From positions 1 through 43,805 of the forward strand of contig DAJH01000040.1 of assembly GCA_002498925.1 (NCBI GenBank): a DNA stretch of 43,805 bases, in the 5' to 3' direction. The DNA is from Euryarchaeota archaeon UBA173 (GTDB lineage Archaea; Thermoplasmatota; Poseidoniia; Poseidoniales; Thalassarchaeaceae). Below the pieces are notes generated by a model, which ran no database searches, was not told the DNA's origin, and saw only the letters and a list, made by a program, of their open reading frames with translations. The stretch's first letter is position 1. The number at the start of each line of letters is the position of its first letter. The translations under genes and the position numbers were made by a program. Positions 11,201-18,425 of the stretch are shown here, piece by piece.

Positions 11201-13982
11201 GGAGGCTAGGTACACTTGTACATGGAACAAGGAAAACAAGGGCATCAATCCACTTAACGGATCCGACTACCTAAATAATCCAGATTCGGATGGATATGAT
11301 GTCAATCATGATGGCGTCCTATCCCTCGATGAGCAGTTTGTAAACTGGCTCGAATATCACATCAAGTCAGAAATCATGTACGGCTCGATGACATCCTCGG
11401 GTATCGCCTATCCAGAGAACTTCACCACTTCACTTTGGAATGAGACTTGGCAGGATCTTGCAGAGGGCTCTTTCGGGGATTTTACAAGCCCTTCTTATCA
11501 GAGCCTCGTGAATGGAACGACTACCCGGGATGTCGGCTCTGCAAATCCACTTTCTGCTGATTCAGACAGGGACGGAATGCCTGACGGCTGGGAATTCTTC
11601 CACTCTCGATGGAGCCTGTTCGATGAAGAATGGACGTTGAACCCAGTCGATGAGAGAGATCAGACTGGAGACCCAGATGGGGATGGCATGAATAACTGGG
11701 AAGAATACAACTCAATCGATGGAAATCTCAGTGAGACGGACAATCTAGTAACCTCGCCTCAGTTTTATCTCCTATCTGTGGGCGGTGAATTGCTTGCCAC
11801 CCCCTGGCTTTCAGCAGAGTCGTCCCTCTCTTTCGGGACATTCATCTCGGACGAGCAGAGGAACCTTACTGGCTTGACCGCGGACCCTAATGATCCAGAC
11901 ACAGATAACGATGGCCTACTCGACGGTATTGAGCTGATTTTCACTAGATGGAACTCAACAGATTCCGTGTGGACCCTCAACCCCCTAGTGGCAGGGGATG
12001 GAAATTACGACTCAGACATGGATGGGATAACGGATCTTGTCGAACTCAACTTGACTAACAACAATCCCGCAAATGGCGGACTATCTCCTCCTGATGCACC
12101 TAGGATGTGGGAGGAAGCGCAACAGCTAGACCCCTCCGAGGCGAACAATAGGATATACAGGATTCTATTCAACAAAGAAGGTAAAGCGCAGCTAGCAATG
12201 CAACAGTACCAGGAGTGGCTTTCTGGTGAACCGGCAGGGCCACTATTGACATACCTTCTCGGAATATCTGATCCGAATGACGAGGATACGGATAGGGACG
12301 GTATGAGTGACGGATACGAGTATTGGTTTACTGAATGGAATCTGGAAGATAACATATGGGAGATGAACCCTCTTACAGGCACTGACGTATTCAGGGATAC
12401 AGACGACGACTCCTTTGACTGCGATGGCAATGGCTTTATTTCAGACTCAGAATCATTCGACAACCTCGCCGAGTATGAATCAAGAGTTTATGGAAAGAAG
12501 ATAGCCGTAGATACGATACCGAATGAGACTGGTTTGGTTTCATATGGCGCAGATGCGATCAATGCTCAGATCGAGGAGAACGGTCTTTCATACCAAGCAG
12601 CCTTCGGCTACCTCTACTCGTCATTCATCAGCAAGAGCATAAAGTCCTCAGAGAGGATGGGGCTGATTAATTCAGTCGATTATAACAATTTCAACACAAG
12701 TCTGGCCGGAGTCAGCGACCCAACAGACGGAGACTCCGACAGGGATGGGATGCCAGACGGTTGGGAATTCTGTTACTCAATATATGGGGAATTCCTGCCT
12801 GTAAACTCATTCAGGTGGTCAATGAATCCAGTAAACTCACTGGATGTCGACTATGACCCTGACGCGGATGGCTGGTATGATAGAACATTGTCAGACTTGC
12901 CGGCCGAGCAGGGTACATGGGAGGGAAGGCAGTTCACGCCCTCGTCGATAGATAGCCAGCTAGGACAAGGCGCCCAACCTCTCTACTTCTCCAACATAAT
13001 GGAGTTTGATAATGGAACACATCCACTCGATCAAGATAGTGACGACGACTCCACGGTGATGATCCCGTTCTTCCAAGATGGCTCAGTTGTGGCATATGTC
13101 CAAGACTCCAATCTTTCAGATGGTAGGGAGGTTTTCAAGTATGGAACTAACCCTCTCGATAATGACACCGATGGAGATATGATGCCAGACTTCTATGAGT
13201 ATTACAGGGGATGGAATGAGACAAATGATAATTGGTCTTCATACTTGCAAATTTCAGTTGTCTGGTATCAGGTTACTCCCGTTGTGTGGAAGCCTGTCGA
13301 CGTTTCGTCCGGAATAATTTCCAGACCCCAATTGGATTGGGCGTGGTTTACCCATGATCCCACTGACCCCTCCGACGCAGGCCAGGATGCTGATAATGAC
13401 GGAGGTTGGGATTGCTCTAGTGGAAGTTGCGTGTACCAGCCATACAATAACTTCCAAGAGTACTTCGGAGTGGTGAACGCCTCCCTTTCGTCGCCCTCGT
13501 TGGTCCGTGAATCCAATTTGTATGACTGTTCAGGAAACTTGGTGATGGAGTGGTGGCAACTCAGGGAGGCCCTATTGGGGACATGCTCCGGAAGTGCCGC
13601 TATTTCAACAAATTACTTCCGAATGTACAAGATCAATAACGACGACCAACTCTATGCCTTTATCGTGGATGACAACGATATCGACTACGAGGAAGTCGAC
13701 AGTAGTGACGATGTTGTTATCCTAAACGGAGCTTGGGCTGACGAATTCAATAGATTTGCTGGCGACCAGTACCATCTGCCAAATACTGGGCTTGGGGAGT
13801 ATGTATTCGGATGGTGGGCTATCGATATCGATGGAGATCAGATAGCAGACGGGACTGATCCAACAAATTGGGATACAGATGGCGACTGGCTCAACGATCA
13901 CTTCGAGATAGAGGATGACTTACTTGATGGCATAAGGGGCAATAGCGGATCACCGATAAGATATGACGACCGTTCAACCTAG
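8238..13982 (+). CDS. Giant secreted acidic protein (1914 aa) with about 25 DxDxDG Ca-binding (TSP3-like) repeats and a beta-propeller-like insert
   Basis: Signal peptide MRRKQTAAFITLLLLSSLAF. Repeated DxDxDGhPDGWE and DxDxDG...NxxEY motifs. The central region has LLVGS/LIVGT/LLVGT/IWLGT blade-like motifs. No C-terminal TM. Confidence 0.85.
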   Translation: MRRKQTAAFITLLLLSSLAFVSQTRPQSPVSSTDPTEALGGAPPATDADEDQIPDQYESIHGIVVVIDTPDGSVNVKGLDMNNGTDNMTDHDRDGAPALLEYCWPYTLDKCFTDRLSLTGKPPELTESGKREYLDPTNSDSDGDGLPDGYEIHMCTEGGLGYINASNAWTCLWFDPLDPSDEVEDIDRCQDFTFGCGDGFDVNRDGSIDVTESYTNSEEYSFGIPEGWVTERDGLWCAGEIPGLSPDSCQVGEQRPTGDSGWLGSDPTDPDSDHYTWSEIIATGLVVPGDGIPDGWEVHYGLDPRNASDAIEDSDSDGWDLDRDGFVIPDTSTSTAQWGEAFSNYEEYMTYFDDGAWVTPGLRGTPMSDHEGEVITFDQSTSPGLVDGSVHSLISDSGRDRLLVGSKFGITAIDPFGGSVSRHNLPSGMEMNTMMRWTVGDSQFLIVGTNSGIHCLSMDSGLPVISSLSDSNIGSVHSILKLETGSSDLDLLAFGKNSAWSLSFTQDGDSGNGHCLGDGISISITEPAPVIALNEVFEESKTSANTAIHVPVSGRGPLLLVGTDFGLIGWNTTDTLTSAGDPWWVFDQENAEDFVQRADLLNESKSAIVNTMEVAGPRQPGGGVEEVTGIWLGTAGGLHLVDLSTFFQMPYSSISSERMYNLDRWAEGANDVHSVLSYNGMVVIGSRDGTWCLEGGHTGVLGLYMNQTRVPGLVTSLVTMEYDGKNWLFAGVSPGRYMNIMPIDPQSADSDLDGMPDGWEFAYGLDPTDPYDRDRDADADGVSYELADGTEFTRDWSNLEEYRYISTSELGFNGTDPRDIDSDSDGLSDGEEYWGWFLGPTSFDCHYLNEEYICDEDSGEQAETVHLEGWLGSGAGGGTDGPTDPTNHDTDGDGMPDGWEIEHRRWIGDVYTGGNLWTLDPRNPNDADADADGDGLSNLCEYMWGNLLETVLREGLPSHGESNESASSWVKTDPNNIDSDGDSLPDGWEARYTCTWNKENKGINPLNGSDYLNNPDSDGYDVNHDGVLSLDEQFVNWLEYHIKSEIMYGSMTSSGIAYPENFTTSLWNETWQDLAEGSFGDFTSPSYQSLVNGTTTRDVGSANPLSADSDRDGMPDGWEFFHSRWSLFDEEWTLNPVDERDQTGDPDGDGMNNWEEYNSIDGNLSETDNLVTSPQFYLLSVGGELLATPWLSAESSLSFGTFISDEQRNLTGLTADPNDPDTDNDGLLDGIELIFTRWNSTDSVWTLNPLVAGDGNYDSDMDGITDLVELNLTNNNPANGGLSPPDAPRMWEEAQQLDPSEANNRIYRILFNKEGKAQLAMQQYQEWLSGEPAGPLLTYLLGISDPNDEDTDRDGMSDGYEYWFTEWNLEDNIWEMNPLTGTDVFRDTDDDSFDCDGNGFISDSESFDNLAEYESRVYGKKIAVDTIPNETGLVSYGADAINAQIEENGLSYQAAFGYLYSSFISKSIKSSERMGLINSVDYNNFNTSLAGVSDPTDGDSDRDGMPDGWEFCYSIYGEFLPVNSFRWSMNPVNSLDVDYDPDADGWYDRTLSDLPAEQGTWEGRQFTPSSIDSQLGQGAQPLYFSNIMEFDNGTHPLDQDSDDDSTVMIPFFQDGSVVAYVQDSNLSDGREVFKYGTNPLDNDTDGDMMPDFYEYYRGWNETNDNWSSYLQISVVWYQVTPVVWKPVDVSSGIISRPQLDWAWFTHDPTDPSDAGQDADNDGGWDCSSGSCVYQPYNNFQEYFGVVNASLSSPSLVRESNLYDCSGNLVMEWWQLREALLGTCSGSAAISTNYFRMYKINNDDQLYAFIVDDNDIDYEEVDSSDDVVILNGAWADEFNRFAGDQYHLPNTGLGEYVFGWWAIDIDGDQIADGTDPTNWDTDGDWLNDHFEIEDDLLDGIRGNSGSPIRYDDRST

Positions 13983-14013
13983 AACTCTTGAGTGTACACC
14001 TCTTGGAGCTGCC

Positions 14014-14487
14014 ATGGAAGATCCTAGTGGGATGTTGCCTGGCCCTAGTGAACCCCTTGAAGACAGGCTCCTTTTCTTGCAAGAGAACATGGTCAATTTC
14101 GTCAATCAGTACGGTCTACCAGTCGTCGAAGTAGCTCTGGTAGTTTCTAAATTCATTAGGATAATTACGGAGAAACTCGAAAACACGGCTAAAGAATCGG
14201 GCGAGGAACTACCCAAATCAATTCTAGAACCATGGCCAATAGATTCAGACGGAGACGCTCCGGCCATCGATTCTTTCCCATTAGATAGGGTTCTCGATTC
14301 AGTAGATCAAGATAGGATGGATATTTTTGATACAATCATCCGAACAATACTGAATCAAGCCGAAATTCCTTTTGCATCAGCAATTACAGTATTGAGGGAC
14401 TGGGAATCCAAGATCAGAACCCAACTAAGTGAATCGACCAGTCCGGGCCACTTATTCAGCCCCCTGAAGTTGCCAGAAGGGTTCTAA
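14014..14487 (+). CDS. Hypothetical helical protein with an internal duplication
   Basis: Fills the gap between neighbours. ATG 14014 follows GGAG and avoids overlap with the upstream gene (ORF track start 13963). Two alignable 39-aa segments. Confidence 0.75.
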   Translation: MEDPSGMLPGPSEPLEDRLLFLQENMVNFVNQYGLPVVEVALVVSKFIRIITEKLENTAKESGEELPKSILEPWPIDSDGDAPAIDSFPLDRVLDSVDQDRMDIFDTIIRTILNQAEIPFASAITVLRDWESKIRTQLSESTSPGHLFSPLKLPEGF

Positions 14488-14819
14488 CTGCCCTGAGATT
14501 TAGCTACAATCCCGCTAGATACCCACCAAGCGTCAATAATTGACCAAATGAATATAATTGGCCAGAGAACAACTGATAGAATTAGTGGTAATTGAATCAA
14601 GAACCATCCGAGACCCTTGCGATGTTGCCGATTGAAATGCTGTCCAAGAAAAAGAAACGGGACTAGTGATAGGATAATTGTAAAAATAGGCCTCAAAGCC
14701 CCCCAAGCCCCTATTCCACCGCTCAACTCAGACCAAATTACCCCAAAAACCCCAATCGCACTAACTTCGTCATCCTCATCCTCGCTAGGCAGAATAACGA
14801 CGTAATCGTGGTCAGACAC
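14484..14819 (-). CDS. Small membrane protein (111 aa, 2-3 TM)
   Basis: Acidic N-terminus, hydrophobic segments, LGQHFNRQHRKGLGWF and WSIIDAW, a pattern seen in TM2-like small membrane proteins. GTG start. Confidence 0.7.
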   Translation of the reverse strand: MSDHDYVVILPSEDEDDEVSAIGVFGVIWSELSGGIGAWGALRPIFTIILSLVPFLFLGQHFNRQHRKGLGWFLIQLPLILSVVLWPIIFIWSIIDAWWVSSGIVAKSQGS

Positions 14820-14903
14820 GAGTGTTGGAAGAGGCAGGGTGGAATGAATATGACGTTCCCGAGATGCGAAAATGACAACTTACTACACCCTCTCGCGTAC
14901 TCC

Positions 14904-15878
14904 ATGGCTCTGCCTAGGGTGCTGTTAACGGGATTCCAGCCATTCCATAATAATGAGGAAAACATATCCGAAGAAGTAGTCAGGAGATTCAGCCGGACCG
15001 GACTTAAGGGGGTCGATCTTTCGACCATGGTTCTAAGCGTCGATGAGAGAGGGTCTAGGAAATGCTCGGAAATCCTGGGCATTGACGACTCCCTTGATGC
15101 CATAATTCATCTTGGACTTTCAGAGAGCAGAGATAAAGTCAGCTTGGAGGCAATCGCAAAAAACCTTCTTGAAATGTCCAAGCCTGATAACTCGGGCAGG
15201 ATGGTTCGCGGATCAAAAATTGTACACGGTGCCCCCGATTCACTAAAGATTACAGCCCCAATACACGTTTTGGATGAGGAGTTTGAGCATGATGAAAGAG
15301 TTGCATGGAGCGAGGATGCGGGAGGATTCGTCTGTAACGAGACCCTCTTCAGAACCCTAGAGGCTAAAGGTAATGGGGGAACGAAGGTAATTTTCGTCCA
15401 TTTACCAAAAAAAACTCACATCAGAATGAGTGATCAAATTGATATTGTAAGTAGGGTAATTAGGTGCCTCTCGATAAAGCCACTGTATAGGGTCGTAGGC
15501 GCATTACTCAACGAACCCCGGGGAAAAATTCTGGCTTGTAGAAGACCCGAGGGAGACGCATGGGCCGGTTGGTGGGAATTCCCAGGGGGAAAGATCGAGG
15601 AAGGAGAGTCCCAAGAACAAGCCGTGGTCAGGGAAATCGAAGAGGAATTGGGAATTTCTGTCACCCCTCAATCATGTGTGGCCCAAATCTCCCATGACTA
15701 TGGCGACAGAGATGTTGAATTATTCATTTGGAAGTGTGCGGCTGTTGACCCTGGTGCAATTTCTCCTTCGGAACATGATGAAACACAATGGGTCTCTCAA
15801 GATGAATTGATGAATCTAAAATGGCTTCCTGCGGACCTGCCACTCGTACAAGAATGGGCCTCATCAGGAATTCCCTAA
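14904..15878 (+). CDS. Pyroglutamyl-peptidase I (C15) fused to a MutT-type Nudix hydrolase
   Basis: VLLTGFQPF, HLGL, SLEAIAKN (Glu), DAGGFVCN (Cys), FVHLP (His). Then WEFPGGKIEEGESQEQAVVREIEEELG (Nudix box) and WLPAD. I prefer ATG 14904 over the track start 14808. Confidence 0.9.
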   Translation: MALPRVLLTGFQPFHNNEENISEEVVRRFSRTGLKGVDLSTMVLSVDERGSRKCSEILGIDDSLDAIIHLGLSESRDKVSLEAIAKNLLEMSKPDNSGRMVRGSKIVHGAPDSLKITAPIHVLDEEFEHDERVAWSEDAGGFVCNETLFRTLEAKGNGGTKVIFVHLPKKTHIRMSDQIDIVSRVIRCLSIKPLYRVVGALLNEPRGKILACRRPEGDAWAGWWEFPGGKIEEGESQEQAVVREIEEELGISVTPQSCVAQISHDYGDRDVELFIWKCAAVDPGAISPSEHDETQWVSQDELMNLKWLPADLPLVQEWASSGIP

Positions 15879-16393
15879 TCCTCTTCACCAATCGTTGGAC
15901 GTCCCCTTTTGTCGAACCACTCACTTGGCGTACCATCCTCGGACATCGAAAGGTCATCACCAGCCCTCCTTGGAATTGAAGACCGCCCCTGGTGCCATGT
16001 AATATCCTCTATCCAATGGTCGATATCTTCCCCTCGAATCGATATCTCAATAGTTCCGCCCGTAGTTCGTTCGTCCAAGGAGAATGAGATCTTTCCAACT
16101 AGCGCTGCCTGTCTGGAAATCGAGAAATCGGTGAGATTTCCTCCTTCCATGTCAAGAGTCATGGCATCGAGTGCGGTATCCAAAATTCTTTGCTCAGATA
16201 TCGCTTCTAGGAACTTGTCCAAAGACTGGGAATTGCCAAACAATACATCCGCCGAACCTTCGTGAGGAAAACTCCTCTTCCCTACCTCATTGGTTGGAGA
16301 CCAGTCTGGAAATATATTCCTCACTGACAAAATTACCTTCTTGGGATCTTCATGGGGCTGGACGATGGTTGACACCCTGATATCAGGCTCCAT
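15875..16393 (-). CDS. UPF0201/DUF54-family putative RNA-binding protein
   Basis: VQPHEDPKKVxxSVxNIFP, QRILDTA and SRQAALVGKISF match the archaeal UPF0201 pattern. I prefer ATG 16393 over 16441. Confidence 0.75.
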   Translation of the reverse strand: MEPDIRVSTIVQPHEDPKKVILSVRNIFPDWSPTNEVGKRSFPHEGSADVLFGNSQSLDKFLEAISEQRILDTALDAMTLDMEGGNLTDFSISRQAALVGKISFSLDERTTGGTIEISIRGEDIDHWIEDITWHQGRSSIPRRAGDDLSMSEDGTPSEWFDKRGRPTIGEED

Positions 16394-16486
16394 GGTTCTT
16401 CGAGTCCACTGCTGCTCATGAGTTCTCTCCAAAGAACTCAACCAAGAGCGCGAATGATTGAAACAGTAATCGAACGGGGGAGGGCT

Positions 16487-17224
16487 ATGACTGAGCGCTC
16501 CTCGTCCATGAGTGTGGCATTATTGCTCGCCCCAACTCTGTGCGTAGTTTCAGTAAGATTCGGGCTTCCGGCCCTTGATGAGGTGATTTCCGAAGACTCG
16601 TTATTGGAGATTGGAATACATTCTGCAGCCGTAATATTAGGGCTGCTGATGTTCCTTAGGTATAGGAGGGTCGAAGATCATGAATACCACAGGTCTAGGG
16701 TCATCAAGGGCCTTTCAAGGACATACAAGAGTGAGGACAGAGGGCTTTGGGAGGATAAGGCAGATCGTGCACTGGAGAGGTTAGAATCTGGCTCTGTAGC
16801 AAAATCTAGGAAATCATCTATGAGATCAAGGGAAAGGATGTCAGGCACTGTGGGGTCCCTGAACTCCGAGATGACTGAAACTGAGATAGGCGACGATTTC
16901 GAGGCAGATGTCAGGGTTTCCGGAGTTCAGACAATTGTCGATGAGGACAAGGTCAAGGAGGAGTCAAAACCAAGGGGACCGTCATTTTCTTCCAGAATTG
17001 GATCAATCATGGACTCGTCAGCTAGGAGGAGAATCGAGAAGAATAAGGCCAAGCAGGAAAAGAGGAAGGCCAAAATCGAAGCTAAGAAATCTTCCTCAAA
17101 TAGCGAGTGGGATGCGCCCGTCACGTCCACTATGGCTAGATCGGTTGTTTCATGCAGACAATGTGGAAACCTGAATAATAGCGGCGTTCAGTACTGCTCT
17201 TCCTGCGGGGATTTCTTGGTCTAG
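16487..17224 (+). CDS. Membrane protein with C-terminal zinc ribbon
   Basis: Two N-terminal hydrophobic helices, a charged middle, and terminal CRQCGNLNNSGVQYCSSCG. The start is uncertain (16418, 16454 or 16487). ATG 16487 follows GGGGAGG. Confidence 0.75.
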   Translation: MTERSSSMSVALLLAPTLCVVSVRFGLPALDEVISEDSLLEIGIHSAAVILGLLMFLRYRRVEDHEYHRSRVIKGLSRTYKSEDRGLWEDKADRALERLESGSVAKSRKSSMRSRERMSGTVGSLNSEMTETEIGDDFEADVRVSGVQTIVDEDKVKEESKPRGPSFSSRIGSIMDSSARRRIEKNKAKQEKRKAKIEAKKSSSNSEWDAPVTSTMARSVVSCRQCGNLNNSGVQYCSSCGDFLV

Positions 17225-17270
17225 TGGGGAACGGTTGAAAGCACCCAGTAATGAGCCCGTGGTCGATAAC

Positions 17271-18422
17271 ATGCCGGAGAAGAGGGACTACTATGATGTC
17301 CTGGGTCTTTCTAGGGGCGCTAGTAAGGGAGAAATTCGTAAAGCTTACAGATCCCTTGCTAGGAAGCACCATCCGGATAAGAACCCCGAAGATCCCGAAG
17401 CTGAAAGTAGGTTCAAGGAACTCTCAGAAGCTTTCGCCATACTTTCCGATGACGATGAAAGAAGGAAGTATGACACATTTGGGCATAATTCCCCCGGTGG
17501 TTCGCCATTTGGACCAGGGGGATTCCAAGGGGTCAATATCAGTATAGATGACCTATTTGGAGGTGACCTAGGGGGTATTTTCAGTCAATTTTTCGGTTCT
17601 TCATCTGGAAATAGGAGACCTAAGGGATCTGATTTGATGGTCAGACATTCTGTTCCCTTTCAAACAGCAATGGATGGCTGCGAGGAAGAAATAGAATTTG
17701 AAGCACTCAGAACATGTGACGACTGTGAAGGAAAGGGGTCGAAAGACCCCTCTTCAGTGAGGCCATGCCCGGCCTGTGATGGAAGGGGCAGGATAGAGAG
17801 GGTAGAGAGAATCGGTCCGTTTACCCAGAGAGTCGTCTCAGACTGCCCCTCGTGTGATGGCGATGGAAGGATCATCCAGAATCCTTGCGATTCTTGCGGA
17901 GGTTCTGGACGCTCAAATCAAACAAAGAAAGTAAGGTTCACCGTCCCTGCAGGAGTATCTTCCGGAGTCAGGCTGAGGATGAGGGGTCACGGCGAGGCTG
18001 CAAGGAATGGGAGAGGGGACTCCGGCGATTTGTACATCGAGATAGATGTAGAGGGCCATGAATGGTTTGAGAGGGATGGTTCTGATTTACTCATGGCTCT
18101 CCCAATTGGCTTTGCAGATCTACTCCTTGGAACTTCTGTAAAGATACCTCACGTAGACGGTACTGATATCACAGTTAAGATTCCAGCAGGGTCAAACCCA
18201 GGCGACACTATTTCTATACCGGGAAGGGGTCTTCCGGGACAAGGATCTAGGGCCAGAGGGGAGGTTTCAGTGGTATTGAAATTAGACATCCCATCGAGTG
18301 TTTCCCGTGCAGACAAGAAGAGGATTTCCGAAATGTATGATATCCTCGGTACGAACGAAGATGATATTGAGCAGAAAATAAGGGATGAAGCGTATAGACG
18401 CAGGAATTCAAGGATTAGATAG
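17271..18422 (+). CDS. dnaJ: Molecular chaperone DnaJ
   Basis: MPEKRDYYDVLG, HPD motif, G/F-rich linker, four CxxCxGxG motifs, and C-terminal GDLY/FERDG motifs. Confidence 0.97.
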   Translation: MPEKRDYYDVLGLSRGASKGEIRKAYRSLARKHHPDKNPEDPEAESRFKELSEAFAILSDDDERRKYDTFGHNSPGGSPFGPGGFQGVNISIDDLFGGDLGGIFSQFFGSSSGNRRPKGSDLMVRHSVPFQTAMDGCEEEIEFEALRTCDDCEGKGSKDPSSVRPCPACDGRGRIERVERIGPFTQRVVSDCPSCDGDGRIIQNPCDSCGGSGRSNQTKKVRFTVPAGVSSGVRLRMRGHGEAARNGRGDSGDLYIEIDVEGHEWFERDGSDLLMALPIGFADLLLGTSVKIPHVDGTDITVKIPAGSNPGDTISIPGRGLPGQGSRARGEVSVVLKLDIPSSVSRADKKRISEMYDILGTNEDDIEQKIRDEAYRRRNSRIR

Positions 18423-18425
18423 TTT

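Noticed and set aside
8238..13982. Recurring GA(C/T)GG..TGCC.GA(C/T)GG.TGGGA DNA motifs as a CRISPR array or DGR repeats
   Set aside because: They are degenerate at third codon positions, irregularly spaced and explained by protein repeats. No cas or reverse transcriptase gene is present.
17271..18422. dnaJ without dnaK/grpE, and pheT (30803-32557) without pheS
   Set aside because: Split arrangements are common, and the partners may lie outside this window.
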